A DNA stretch of 63,860 nt, counting the filler, from Octopus bimaculoides (taxonomy: Eukaryota): NCBI RefSeq assembly GCF_001194135.2. It is 5 parts of 5 records of this genome, joined end to end, with 100 filler letters (N's around TTAATTAATTAA, not from the genome) between each part and the next. Parts side by side here need not be neighbours in the genome. Positions count along the whole stretch, not along the records: positions 22,083 to 28,090 come from NC_068986.1; positions 28,191 to 34,825 come from NC_068987.1; positions 34,926 to 60,557 come from NC_068982.1; 2 more parts are not named here. One strand, 5' to 3'. The position numbers and the translations under genes were made by a program. Positions 24,369 to 38,217 of this stretch are shown piece by piece (the stretch's first letter is position 1; each line of letters begins with the position of its first letter). A model generated the notes under the pieces. It had not been told where the DNA came from. It saw nothing but the letters and a program-made list of their open reading frames with translations, and made no database searches.

Positions 24369-24454
24369 GTATTGATCTAGAGACGTGATTGACGTTCAGA
24401 AAACTTTCAGATTTGTGTAACTTATTGTGTTGATAACATTATGATTAAGTATAT

Positions 24455-24660
24455 GGTGGCGAAGTGGCAGAATTGTTAGCCTCGACAGGAAGAATGTTTA
24501 GCGGCATTTCATCAATCTTTATGCTCTCAGTTCAAATTCCACCGAGATTGATCGTGCCTTTTATCCTTTCGGTTTCAATAAAATAAGTACCAGTCGAGCA
24601 CTGGAGTTGGTGTAATTGATTTACTCCCTCCCATGAAATTGATGGTCTTGTGCCAACATT
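24455..24660 (+). mobile_element. SINE family B
   Basis: GGTGGCGAAGTGGCAGAATTGTTAGC...AGTTCAAATTCCACCGAG...ATAAGTACCAG. Confidence 0.75.
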
Positions 24661-25350
24661 TAAAATCTACATTATAATTAAGTATATTTCCTCATGGATT
24701 TCTTTCCTGCTTTCTCTTTCTGTCTCTTGCCACTGTCACATCCCTATCTACTAACATCATCGTTTCCCAACATTTTGTTTTTCTGCCTGACTACAATAGA
24801 TGACAATAACGATCGCGTTCAAGAGGAGGTTATTTCCGCTCTGAAAAAAAAAAAAACGTAAAATACGAACACACATCGTGATCTTGATTCCATGTTGAAG
24901 ATTATGCAGCTCCGGTTTCGGTTACTTATTACACCAAATAACCTTGGTAATGTCACTGGAAATTTTGTAAACACGACATAAGCTAAATCTTTTATCTGAT
25001 ACTTTTGTATCATTGTACCTTATGCAAGACTGAATAACTGGCCAACAGAAAAGAGCACCAAATTAGTTTATTTACCGTATTTTATATAGTATACCACGAT
25101 TTTAAACTCAAGTTCAAACAGACTCAACTTGTAATACTAATGTTTAACATCAATACCCACGGCAAAGAATGGATATACATATTTTCAATGTCAAAACTGA
25201 ACAGTGATCTAGTTTCTTTTTTTTCGTTTTAGCCATCCTTGGGACACTCTAGCATTATGTGGAAATAGCAGTTAAGAAGGATTGTTTAAAAAGTTCCACA
25301 AGCCTTTTCATCTCTTTCCTGCTTCTGATAATTGTCTAACAAAAATGTAT

Positions 25351-25550
25351 AGGCGCAGGAGTGGCTGTGTAGTAAGTAGTTTCCTTACCAACTACATGGT
25401 TCCGGGTTCATTCCCACTGCGTCGCACCTTGGGCAAGTGTCTTCTACTATAGCCTTGGGCCGACCAAAGCCTTGGGACGATCAAAGCCTTGGGCCGTCCA
25501 AAGCTTTGTGAGTGGATTTGGTAGACGGAAACTGAAAGAGGTCCGTCGTA

Positions 25551-25583
<33 letters not shown>

Positions 25584-25619
25584 NNNNNNNNNNNNNNNNN
25601 NNNNNNNNNNNNNNNNNNN

Positions 25620-25656
<37 letters not shown>

Positions 25657-25854
25657 CTGTTTTTGTCCCCCAACATCGCTTGACAACCGACGGTGGTGTG
25701 TTTACGTCCCCGTAACTTAGCAGTTCGGCAAAAGAGACCGACAGAATAAGTACTAGGCATCCAAAAAGTAAGTCCTGGGGTCGATTTGCTCGTCTAAAGG
25801 CGGTGCTCCATCATGGCCAGTCAAATGACTGAAATAAGTAAAAGAGTAAACGAG
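25351..25854 (+). mobile_element. SINE family A, full length, with a 17-bp internal triplication
   Basis: AGGCGCAGGAGTGGCTGTG start; gap inside the internal microsatellite; 3' tail present. Confidence 0.85.
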
Positions 25855-27369
25855 TCATTTATATGGACTTGAGAAAACTGCAACCGATACACCCGGTTTT
25901 ATTTTAGAGAGGTTTTCATTGTATTTAAGTAGTTGGCAACATGCATCAAATGTTTTTTGTCTTGTATGGTTAACATAACTTATCAAGATATTGGGTAATG
26001 CGTAATTCCGACACGGGGTGCTTACAGAGAGGAATCGAATGAGTTATCCGGGATTAATGGAACCAGAGAAAATAGAAGAGAAGCATTTAAATTTAGTAAG
26101 CACTTAGTGATAGAATATATAGTTTCGGATTAAACAGTAAGTTAGTAAGTGAGCTGACAGAGACTTAGAAAATATATCACAGGCGATATGCTGGTTGTGA
26201 CAATGGATTTTTACACTAAACACCAAAACTGTGATGTTCTTAATAGTGTATACACTATGGCACGGAAGTTTGTAAGCTGTTCGGTGGGATCGGGTAGTTG
26301 AAGCTAAAGGTAGCAACAACACGTGCAAGAGTTATTCTGTCCAAAGAAGGTGCATGCGGTTTTGATAAACACTTTGGTGAAGGAGTCACTTTGAAGCCTA
26401 CTTAAATGATTTACTGAAACCCTTTGCTGAGAAGTAGTCACAGAGCGTTCTAAGACACTGAGCAAAAATTAAATCTCTAGTACAGGAAGATTTTCTTTTT
26501 CTTTTTTCTTTTTTCCATGGGTTGTATTTCAATGTGTCGTTCTTCTTCGTTCTTATTTCTGCAGATGAGGTCTGAAACCGACAGTAAACTAGAAGTGTTT
26601 ACAGTTACGTGATTTAAGAGAGTGAAGGTGATTCAGATAATTACAAGGATAAAGATTTTAGACAAAGCGCTTGCAAGCATGCAGCCATGTGTCACGTTAA
26701 TAGTGTTGTGCGGAAGCGTATAAGCTTTTACGAAACCTGTAAGATCTTTTTCGAACAAGCTCCACTTCGTAAATTACAAACTATAGAGGTTTCAGTGTAT
26801 ATCTGGTCTTGGTGGAGTGCTGATGAATGTAAATCAACTTTATATTTAGTTATCATCGACCATCAGCATCTAACGTCTGTATAAAGCATAACAAGCAGCG
26901 TTTCATGATTGATGAGCGCTCGGGTATATCCACCAGTCTCGACCAGCATGTTGTCTCCAGAATTCGTTGTTGCTTCGAGAACTTCTGCCAAATTAGCCTG
27001 TAACCTCAAAGCAGCCAGTTACTGTATCTGTTCGTAGAAAAGCCTAGAAGTCTTGGCGAGTGAGACGTGGTATATTGACGGAGAAGGCTCGAAGTTTATC
27101 AGATGAGTTTGTCAGTGAACGTGAACAGTAAGCACGCGGGTTTCAAGTACTACCGCAGTTGATGCATTACGTCACACACATATATATATGAACATATACG
27201 CACTTGTACACACATACATAAACACACATACACACAAGTACACACACACAAGCTTATATATTTCTTGCAAATTGTTGTTTCGTTATTTACACAAAAGAAG
27301 AATCAGCGTTGCACGTACTTCATACACGTGCACCCATATGCACACATACACATGCACGTCCATATACAA

Positions 27370-27402
27370 ATAAGTAAATACATAAAACTACAAATGGATT
27401 CG

Positions 27403-27438
<36 letters not shown>

Positions 27439-27830
27439 CACACATACACATAAGTCTAACTAAATACATACAAACACAAATGGATTTGCACACACACACA
27501 CACACACACACTCACACACATACACACAAGTGTAAACAAATACATAAAAACACAACTGTATTTGCACACACACAGACATACACACACGCACAAACACACA
27601 CATTCAAACACTCACATACATACACACAAGTCTAAACAAGTACATGCAAACACAATTGGATTTGCACACACAAACACATACACACACTCACACATACACA
27701 CACACAAACGCACACACTCACATACATACAAACAAGTCTAAATAAATACATACAAACACAAATGGATTTGCTCACACACATACACACACACGCGCGCACG
27801 CAGACACACATACACACACACACACACATG
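27370..27830. repeat. Composite minisatellite, 5 units of about 80-105 bp
   Basis: Repeated core AAATACATACAAACACAAATGGATTTGC separated by variable (CA)n. Confidence 0.8.
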
Positions 27831-27983
27831 TACAGATGCGCTGCACGCATACAAACACCCTTTTCTCCTCACACACGAACAATGTTCTTTTAAAAGACAT
27901 TTCCAAAGGAAGTTATTTACAACACTCCAGGGTGTTGTTACAGGATCTGATAGGGACCATTGATTGTGCTAAACGAACTAAGT

Positions 27984-28090
27984 ATCACCATCACCACAAC
28001 CACCACCACAACCAACACTACCACCACCACCACCACAACCACCACCACAACCACCACCACTACAACCAACACCACCACCACCACAACCAA
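27984..28090. repeat. (CAC/CAA)n trinucleotide array
   Basis: Read directly; ends at a gap. Confidence 0.9.
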
Positions 28091-28190
28091 NNNNNNNNNN
28101 NNNNNNNNNNNNNNNNNNNNNNNNNNNNNNNNNNTTAATTAATTAANNNNNNNNNNNNNNNNNNNNNNNNNNNNNNNNNNNNNNNNNNNN
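28091..28190. other. Synthetic scaffold linker
   Basis: N44-TTAATTAATTAA-N44. Confidence 0.95.
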
Positions 28191-28247
<57 letters not shown>

Positions 28248-28309
28248 AACGAGTGAGAGAGAGAGAGAGAGGAAGAGAGTAAGCGAGAGAGAGAAAGACG
28301 CATTAAGCG

Positions 28310-28545
28310 CAAGCGTGGTTATGTAATAGGAAGTTTGCTTCCCATTTACACGGTGCCGGTTTCAGTCCCACTGCGTGGAACATTCGCTAATTGTCTTCTA
28401 CTATAGCAACGGGCCGATCAAATCCCTGTGAGTGGATTCGTTAGATGGAAACTGAAAGAATTCCGTCGTATATGTATGTGTGTGTGTCTTTGTGACTTTG
28501 CCCTTCACCGCGGCATGACAACCGCCGTTGGTTTGCTTTCGTCCC
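28310..28545 (+). mobile_element. SINE family A, 5' part
   Basis: Degenerate head/CORE segment and internal (TG)n. Confidence 0.7.
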
Positions 28546-28774
28546 TTTTCCCCTCCTCCACATTCGCCCTTCCTACTCCACCCTACATCTGAGCAACGAC
28601 TTTTTCCAACTACCGCTTTTTCCAAATGTTCTGAAGAAAAGGTCATGACCTCAAAATATAGAAGTACAAGGTAAAACTGCAACTTTGTTTTGTTTTCTTA
28701 TCGTTTTGTAGTTTACCTTCTCGCCTCGTTTCGGCTTTACACAACAAATGTTTCACCCAAACTACCTCATTCTA

Positions 28775-28847
<73 letters not shown>

Positions 28848-29889
28848 CCTACCGATATATATATATATAATTACTTATATGCGCATATACCTAATATCCA
28901 AACGAATTACAGCAACAAAAAAATTCTATACGATTATTTACACAAAGTACCCAAACTTTGAAAGCATTCTGCAATGTTATAAAATAAAATAGAAAAATAA
29001 GTAGTAGAAATAAAAAACAAAAAGTGAATGAGTTCCTAGTGATTGAACATATAACGAGCCCCAAAAAAGGTATTAAGAGATAAACAGGTATGAAATTAAT
29101 AAGAAAAGAGGGGAACAGAATCATTGTATCTGAATTGTAAAATTAGCGGTTGAGCCCAATTTTTTACAAAATATATAAGTGGCCATAATCCCGTGATTGC
29201 AATTTATTACCATATCATTTCGCTTGTTAGGAAGTGGTATATAGGAAAGTAAAACATGTGTTGCCCACTGGCTGTATAATCAGCATGCTACCCGTTTTCC
29301 TATGGATGTCGGGTGGTGTACGCACGTATTTATTCTAGGTAGGTAAGCAGAAATGTGTGTATGTATATTTTCTTATTCTCTTACGAATTTAGAGCTAATT
29401 TTGACTGGCCACCTGCTTGGTAGTAAGGTAGTGAAAGAATAGTATCATGCTTTATTCATCTTTTAGATTATTGTACCAGGTATAGTGAATACCTATAAGT
29501 ATATGAATTAAGGACTTGCATTCCATGCTCTAGAATCAACATTTGACCATACTTAGCTCCACCTGAGTTGGAGCATATCCTGTTTCTCTAATATTAATAG
29601 GTATGAAACTGAAACTGTATCTCGTGTATTGGTTTATAAATCTCTATATCAATGGTACATAAGTGTCTTCTGCCAGTATGTATGTATGCATGTGTGCGTA
29701 TGTGTGTGTGGTTTGTAAAAACATATATGTGAAAATAAAATAAATGCAGTGAAAAGACGTAACACGAGGCCGAAAAATAGGGGGAAAGCGATGAAATCGC
29801 AGAGATAAGGGAGCACGTCTACCCAAGGTACACAGTGAATATGCGCCGAGATGTGAATGATGAAATCTCCGAGGCAATAATGGCAGGAT

Positions 29890-30290
29890 GGAAGGCATTT
29901 AATTCAATAAAGTATGAGTTCCAAACAAACATAGACATCACATTATGTGCCACACACTTTTCATTTGCACTGTCCTACCTTACGCAGGTAAGACGTTAGC
30001 TACTACAAAGAGGATAGATCGCGAAGGGCCATGGAAAGATCCATATTAGGAAAATCATTACGAGAACAAATTCGAAATAGGATAATTTGAGAATGGTGCG
30101 CGGTAAACGACGTTATCACAGAATACTGAAAGCACAATTCCAAGGTTGTGGCAAGGTTGACAGACAACAGCTGGACCCGAGAAATTGCCGAGTGGGATCG
30201 AAGAAATTGGAAAAGCCACTTGGAAGGCCTTCATGACAATGAAAAGACGATCTTCTTAAGCAATTGTTTGGTCAAGATGGAAAAGAATGG
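29890..30290 (+). pseudogene. Highly decayed RTE-like LINE 3' fragment
   Basis: Remnants resembling the LINE C-terminus (W...GRP..RW.D-like EKPLGRPS); many disruptions. Confidence 0.45.
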
Positions 30291-30419
30291 TGCCATTAAG
30301 ATAGAGTTAGAAGCGCATTGTCACCAGCGGTGTCAACAACAACTGACCATCCGCTCAACACTGAAATGTATATATTTTGTTTACCTGATAAAATGGATAA
30401 TTATTCTACATAAAGATAT

Positions 30420-31400
30420 GAAGGCATTTTTTCTCTCAAATGGAAATCAGTCTGAGCATTTTAAAATGGTACAAAACAAGGTTGTTTTGTCACCAGTATT
30501 ATTTGCCCCATTTTGTTTTTGCAGTAATGCAGGATTGTGCCTCTTCTAATGTTGAAGAGGGTGCGTTTCTTGAATATAGGTTACCAGAAGGCATCCTCAA
30601 CCAATAGTGTTTCAAATCAAGAACTAAAGTTGCATCTCGGACAATTAGAGACCTATTGTTTGCAAATAATTGTGCCCTAGTTGCTCTTACAGTCAAGGAT
30701 ATTCAGTACTTCATTGATAAATATGCAGCAGCAGCTAGATCATCCAGCTTTACTATCAGCACAGAAAAGATCTTATAGTTTACTATAAGGACAAAATTAG
30801 ATGAAAATAGACTCGTATATGTCAGTTGTTCTAAAAACTCTTTTGTATGGTGCAGAGTCTTGGATACCATATCGTAGGCACATCAGATAGCCGAACGGCT
30901 TTCACAAGAAATGTCATAGGTAAATATGCAAAGCTGAGTGGGATGATAAAGTGAAGAATAGCACTATCCTGGAAATGTGATGAATACCCGGTATAGAATC
31001 TTTCTTTATCAAGTCTTAGATGCGATAGTGTGGACATCCTTCGCATGAGTAGTGGCCGAATACCAAAATAAATCATTTATGGTCAACTTTTAAATTTACG
31101 ACGTGATGTAGGCCGGCCACAAGTACGATATAACGACGAATTTAAAGATAATTTAAAACACCTTGACATAAAACATTCAGAATCTTGCGAGAAACCGTGC
31201 AGACTAGAGGAGAGAGTGCTTTTTCTAGCTTCAAAATTTTGAAACTCAAAAGGTACGTCATCAAGAGCAGTTACTAGTAATTAGGAAAATAAACCAACAG
31301 AAATACAGCCTTCCCTCAGACCACCATTGTCCACATTGTGATTTCTCAATTAGATCACGTGCTGCTTTAATAAGTCATGCTCATTTCCATATTGAGTTTT
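30420..31400 (+). mobile_element. RTE-clade LINE RT and C-terminal remnant
   Basis: VLSPVLFAPF, RTKVASRTIRDLLFANNCALVA (YADD equivalent), LLYGAESWTIYRRHI, GHILRMSSGRIPK.IIYGQL and GRPQVRY motifs with frameshifts. Confidence 0.85.
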
Positions 31401-31509
31401 GTGGCTTGAGAACGGATAAGAGTCAAAAGATAAAGTGAATGTATAGTGGGAAAGTCCGTCATATATATATATATATATAGAGAGAGAGAGNNNNNNNNNN
31501 AGAGAGAGC

Positions 31510-31549
<40 letters not shown>

Positions 31550-33894
31550 ATGTGTGTTTAAGTATGTATGTATGCATGTATGTGCGTGTGTATATTTAGG
31601 GAATTGTCAGAGGCATTAAAACGTCTGATAGGACATCTTTCGATATTTGCTCTGGCTCACTGACCTCTGAGCTCAAACTCCTTGGAATCAGACTTGCCTT
31701 TCATTTTCTGTAATCAATGAACGAAGAACCAGTTAGGTACTCATGATAATTCTTCTCTCTCTATTTTCTCTCACACTTCTTGTCACTATATCTTTTCCTG
31801 TCTGTTTGTGTATGTATGTATGTATGTATGTATGTATGTGTGTATGTATGTATGTATCTATGTATGTATGTATCTCTCTATCTATCTATCTATATATCTG
31901 TCTGTCTGTCTGTCTGTCTTTTTCTCTTGAAATCAGCTATGCTGAGCTGTATAAATGGCCGTGGTATCCTCTCGCAACCTTTTTTTGTTTAAGAATCCTG
32001 AATGTGGGCCTCGAAAATTTGCAGATAGTAAAATAATTATATTACAGGAACCGTTAATCGAAGGACCGATGTCTGATACAATACAGTCTGAGAAAAATGA
32101 GTTGATGAAGATATAAACACATAAATACAGCACTAATTTTCTTTCAAAATTTCTTTCTAAGATTTCGTGAATTGTCAAGAGTAATTTTTATCTTAATTGG
32201 CAAATTTGAAATGATAATTTAAATGTTTGGAAACATTTTCTTATTTCAGTTTACTGTTATGTCTTGTCAGAGTAATGTAGGCGTGAATTACATTTCAACT
32301 TTCCAATTTCCTTCAAACTATATTTCTGCTAAATGCAGGAATCCTGAGATGTTTCAAGAAGACCGTATCATATGTATGAATATGTAAAGAATAATAGCAT
32401 AGACGTTAACTAGACAAACGTTGTTGGGAAGAAAAATCCAATGAAATGCTCTGACTCGATATAAAACAAATATTCATTCGGACAATTGTGAAAAAATGAT
32501 CCCTTAATAAATTGTATATAATACACAATAATTGTTTCAGAGTTCATACACAAGTTATCACGGTGGACCTTGAAAAATGTCTTTACTGGGAATTTAGCTG
32601 CAATATCGAAAGTGGGGATAATTTTTACTGGAAATCATGATTCCGATATGCGAGTACAAATGAACGTATATATTCATTAGATATGATGCAGATATTAATA
32701 ACTGAGGATAACAACATTCGGACATACAGATCTGAACATCAAGAACTGAAGATCTAGTTCTTAGAACATGTGTAGGGCAGGTATCCTGTATTCAGCAACT
32801 AAAACATTCTGTGTACTAAATTTCCAAACGTCGATGTAAACTATCAAGACCACAGATTTTCCGTAGGATCTAATCTGTACGTGACAGATACTCCTTTAAC
32901 CAAGAAATAGAGATACTAAATCGACATAATTTGAACTCAAAGTGTGGAGGACCCGAAACATAATAGTAAGAGATATTTAGTCCGCAGTTCTACAATTTTT
33001 ACCACAACATTGTCAGTGCCAACATAAAATGAAATACATTTGAGAATATACGAAGTAAGTTAGAACTTGTAAATAATAGCCGAACTAACCATGTCCTGTA
33101 TTGCAAAGAAATGAAGATTGATGAAGTATGGTCAGTGACCTATGTATTTCTTTTATATTTAACATTCTTGAACACATTCGTGAAGTAATTATTGTGGCAT
33201 ACATGTTGGAATATCGTTGAATCAAAGGCCACAATGAAGAAATGGCTTTTAGCAGAGATTAATCGAATATAGATGTGTTAGAGCATGAGTAAACAGGTAG
33301 TTGACATACAACTAGACACACACATATATATTCTTCAACAATTATACAGACACGCGCTCACGCAGACACTTGCAAAGTTAAACCATTAACAATAGTATAC
33401 ATATGTATGTATATATATATATATATATATNNNNNNNNNNNNNNNNNNNNNNNNNNNNNNNNNNNNNNNNNNNNNNNNNNNNNNNNNNNNNNNNNNNNNN
33501 NNNNNNNNNNNNNNNNNNNNNNNNNNNNNNNNNNNNNNNNNNNNNNNNNNNNNNNNNNNNNNNNNNNNNNNNNNNNNNNNNNNNNNNNNNNNNNNNNNNN
33601 NNNNNNNNNNNNNNNNNNNNNNNNNNNNNNNNNNNATATATATATATATATATACATTTGTCAATAAAATAAATAAATATTTCGCAAGCATAACAAAGAA
33701 ATGTTTTGCGTAAATTGATATTTATTGCATAATACTTTAAAATGTAATACGGAAAAACTGTCAATAATATTAAACATGGGCTACACATCTTTACACTGAT
33801 TGTACAAATTTTGTAAACTATTTTCAAGACAAGTATATTGTAAATGTGTTTTTACATATTTCGGTTACATTAAAATCTTGCCCGTTCATACTGC

Positions 33895-34800
33895 AGGAAA
33901 CACATGGTTACATGCTAGGATCTTCAACTACCAGAAATATCAATGTAACTCATAATTGCTTTGTAGACGACCAGAAGATTTATGCTAAAAGTGTTAACAA
34001 TGCCAAAAGAAAAAAAAAAAGAAAAACTGGAATTAATAACAACATTTTGATCTGATATAGGCATGGAATTTGGCCCAAAGAAATGTCCATATTTGGTTAT
34101 AGAACGAAGAAAGTCAGTCTCCCAAACCCAAAACCTGTGCACCAAACGGCCTCTCTATCTCTCCCATTTCACACAAGAAATGTTACAAGTGCTTAGGCAT
34201 AGACGAAAATGTATCATATGAAGGCACTGTGAATAAAACTAGTGTGACCCGAGAATGTTATACCAGTCTTAGGAAAATATGGCAGTTGGAACTCTCCTCT
34301 AACAACAAAGCAATATCCCACAATACATTTGCAGTACCAGTGCTGATCCCAACATTTGGGATACTTGGTTGGTCTGTAGAGGAAATCCACTCCATAGATA
34401 TCAAAACTCGCAAAATTCTGACAACAACTGGGAACTTCCACAGAGACAATGATGTTGACAGGCTCTATATAAGACGAAATTAAGCTGGTAGAGGCCTGAG
34501 ATAAGTGCAGACGGCCTTTGAATGATGTATGGTATCACTCAGGGAGTACCCGCCAAGCAACAGCAGCAAAAATAAATATATTAATGCAGTCCTGAAAAGT
34601 GAAGTGAGCAACATTGTACGAGTTGTCAGTGAACTCCTCAACAAACACTCTCTTCCTGATGATCTCCTATGCAGCCCCAAAACAGATGGGCTTTATTACA
34701 CCAGAGAAGACCTGGATAGAAAGCACTTAGCTCGAAAATAACCAAATGGATAGACCCTGAAGAAGAAGCATCGGAAATCTCGCCAGGTTGCAGCAGCAAA
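33895..34800 (+). mobile_element. R4/Dong-clade LINE RT remnant
   Basis: THNCFVDDQKIYAK, GMEFGPKKC, YKCLGI, NKAISHNTFAVPVLIPTFGILGW, DIKTRKILT...HRDNDVDRLYIRR..GRGL. Confidence 0.85.
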
Positions 34801-34825
34801 TGCCCGTAATCTGTTAAGTGTATAT

Positions 34826-34925
34826 NNNNNNNNNNNNNNNNNNNNNNNNNNNNNNNNNNNNNNNNNNNNTTAATTAATTAANNNNNNNNNNNNNNNNNNN
34901 NNNNNNNNNNNNNNNNNNNNNNNNN
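34826..34925. other. Synthetic scaffold linker
   Basis: N44-TTAATTAATTAA-N44. Confidence 0.95.
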
Positions 34926-35299
34926 ATATACATATAAACACAGAGAGAGTTTGAAGTGATGCACAGATATTGTATATTGGGAATAACAAGGTAGTCCGAA
35001 CGTTAGATGATTATATATATCTATATTTATACTTTTATCGCTGCCTTCCGTTATGGGATTTATCAAAAGAGTTGATTACAGTCAGTTTGTTTCGCCTTTT
35101 TAGTGAAAATTGAAACTGATGATAGTTTAGAAAGGGAAAGACAGGGAGAAAATTAGAAAAAATTAGAAAGGAAAGTGCAGGGGTGAGAAAGCGATGAAAT
35201 TAAACATCACGCAACTAAGGACTCCAAAAGAAAAAAAGCAAGTAACATAAAGTGCTAGTAAACTGCAACGCGAATATTTTTGTGGAGTCTCTTATTTGT

Positions 35300-35500
35300 T
35301 TTTTGTTTCAATCATTTGATTGTGGCCATGCTAAAGCACAGCCTCAAAGGATTTTAGTCGAAGAAATCCACTCCAGCACTTATTCTTTGTAAGCCTAGTA
35401 CTTATTCCATCGGACACTTTGGCCGAACCACTAGATTACAGGTAGATAAATGCACCAGCATCGATTGCCAAGCGATGGCGGGGACAAACACAGACGCATA
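35300..35500 (-). mobile_element. SINE family A, 3' half
   Basis: TTTCAATCATTTGATTGTGGCCATGC...CTTATTCTTTGTAAGCCTAGTACTTATTC. Confidence 0.75.
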
Positions 35501-36831
35501 AATACAATCAAACAAGAGATATTTGCTTCCCACAACATTGCAACCAAAATTTTTGTTGTATGTATGTATGCATGTGTGTATAAATGCAAGTATACTTGTG
35601 CAAATCCTATAAAATTTTGGTCGCATCCTTCCAATATCTTCTTCAAATCACGTCCATATAAAACTGCCAAATACCAAAGTTTAAGATTTTATAGAATATT
35701 TTCATAACACAAATTATGCATTAAATTTATATTCAATATATAATCAAATGCAATTTTCATAATCATTTCAGAATTTTGAAGTATCTTATCTAAAATCAAA
35801 GTATGCTCCATTCAAATATATAAATTATTATTAAAGAAACTGTTATGAATATTTTCTTTTAAAAAGTGAAATTCATTTGCAATTTGTTAATACGGCCAAA
35901 TTATCAATGTAGTTTATATGTTTCGAAAGATTTTCATTCTATTATTCCTATTTAGTCAACAACGAGTTGTCTCAATATCATTCCATGGAAAATTTTCTGC
36001 TTCTATGCATTTCAATTTAACTTACAGCGTCCATGATATTTCTTCTTAGGCTTTCTCGTAGTGACAAGAAGACATTTATCTAAAACCTAAGAACGAATAA
36101 AATAAATGGCAAGTAAGTTTAATCCTTGAAGTTAATCTGAGTGACAGATTTTGTTGGACTCGGTATCAGATTAATTCTAACAACAACATATAGAATTGTT
36201 TCATCCGAAGCGTCTGCATAGAAATTCTTTCCATCAGATTTCATTCACAAGGCTTAGACAAATCTGTGGCTTGGCAAAAATACACTTTCAGTCTGACATG
36301 ACATGGCGCTCAGCTCTTCAATACGTACCAGCAGATAATTGTACCCAATGACAACACATCGCCCGACTATTAATCACAGACAATATTTGACGTGAGCATT
36401 TGTTTGCGTGTGCTGTGTATGTGTGCATGCATACAAATATGTGCTTTTCTTCGCAAATTGAGAAAAATTTCTTAATGAATAATTATATAAAAAATGTGAC
36501 TCTCATGTATTCAGTTACATATATTTGCATAATTCACACAATTACCAAGGCAACGACAGAGCGAATCACTCATAGAGTATTATATAACTTCTTATGGATA
36601 AAATATCGGTTATTTCGGAAATTATCAAATTATATAATGTAAACCTCGATGATTTCATTTGCCTGCAGACAATAGCAATAATTTTTTAACAGACTTCAAA
36701 CATTGGAGTACACATTAATAAACACAATACCGACGTTTAATTACCGCATGCACTGGAAGCACCTTATTCTGAATATGATTATACATCGATTTCTATAAAG
36801 TCATTATCAGTTACAAAAAGTATAGAACTAT

Positions 36832-37885
36832 ATGGGAGTACCCAAAAGGAACCCGAATTTCGCAATATCATTTTATTCACTCAGATTTACATGCTTACAC
36901 TTTTATCTCCTTCAAAGTATTCTCCATTAGAAGCAATACATCGCTCCAGACGCGATTTCCACAGATATAAGCAGCTCTGGAACTCTTGCAAAGTGATACA
37001 TTTTAACGCCTCCATCGTTTTTTTTTTCTTTGTTCACCTCTTCCACATCGGTAAAATGTTCTCCTTTAAAGACTTTTCCAGTCCGGAGAACAAAAAGAAG
37101 TCACAGGGAACACAAGCTCGGGTGAATAGGGAGGGTCGGAGACATGCCATGTTTGGTCAAAAACTGTCTCACACTCAAGGCAGCGTGTGCTGGCGTATTG
37201 TCGTAATGAAACCACCACTCTCCACTTTGCCACGGGTCAGGGCGTTTTCGTTTAACCACGTCTTACAAACGCTTCAGAAATTCCAAGTATAATGTCTAGT
37301 TAATAGTTTGACCATGATGAACAAATTCTGTGTGGACGATTCATTTCACATCGATGATGCAAGTCAGCAGCGTGTTGATATTTGAACTTCACTTGACGCA
37401 CTTTTTTGGACGTGGTAACATTGAATGCTGTCAGTGACCTGATTGCCGCTTCGTTTCCGAGTCGCAGCCGTAGTACCAGCTTTTATCACCAGGGATAACC
37501 TTCGAAAAAAAAAGTCTGGATCAACTTCCAACTTTTATTCCAGTTTACGACATGCATTCAGTCGTGACTGCTTTTGATCTTCCATGAGCAAGCGAGGAAA
37601 CTCTTTTCATTCGCAGTTCCTCGCTCAAAATTCGTTGACAGGAGCTCTACGGCACACCATTCATATCAACAATTCTGTCAATTGTTCGGTGACGGCCCTC
37701 CAAGATTAGTCGAATAATTTTCATCCTTTCCTTCGCTCGGGAGGTCGACGGTCGTCCTGATACAAATTAGTATTCAAGTGAAAAGTTAGCATTTCTAAAG
37801 CGTGAAAACCACTCGTACATCTGTGATTTGCCCATGCCAGCGTCATTGTAAGCTGCTTGAAGCATGTGAACTGTTTAAGGTAGCC
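36832..37885 (-). mobile_element. Mariner transposon remnant
   Basis: Minus strand HYDNTPAH...PYSPEL.PCDFFLF...LKGEHF (HHDNAPAH and YSPDLAPCDF motifs); TIR-like start TA-TGGGAGTACCCAAAAGGAACCCG at about 36832. Confidence 0.85.
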
Positions 37886-38174
37886 CTTCATATATTTGTT
37901 ACTGAGTGTAGTTCACGAATAAAATCAGGGTTAACTAAATTTTAAGTTGTGCCAAGATAAGACGCAGTGAAAAACAATGGACATTTTAAGTACAGAACAA
38001 TACGTAAGACGACACCATTTTCCATTTCAAGAATTGTGACGTTACCTTAATTTAGTATTTAGTCTATTCATTTTACGTGCATAGTGAAACATATACATGC
38101 AAAGAAATTGATGCCTGTATGTTGTATACATGTATGTAAGTGTGTATATGAAGCATATATAGGTGTGCGTGTGG

Positions 38175-38217
<43 letters not shown>

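Noticed and set aside
26565-26620. Strong polypyrimidine-CAG acceptor
   Set aside because: Stops in all three frames soon after; immediate stop in the GPCR phase.
27836-28138. Poly-His/Thr ORFs here and at 61499-62248; poly-Lys ORF at 59498-60049
   Set aside because: Translations of trinucleotide microsatellites with no splice or domain support.
32050-32115. Possible short terminal exon followed by an AT-rich UTR-like tract
   Set aside because: No homology cue and wrong phase for the GPCR.
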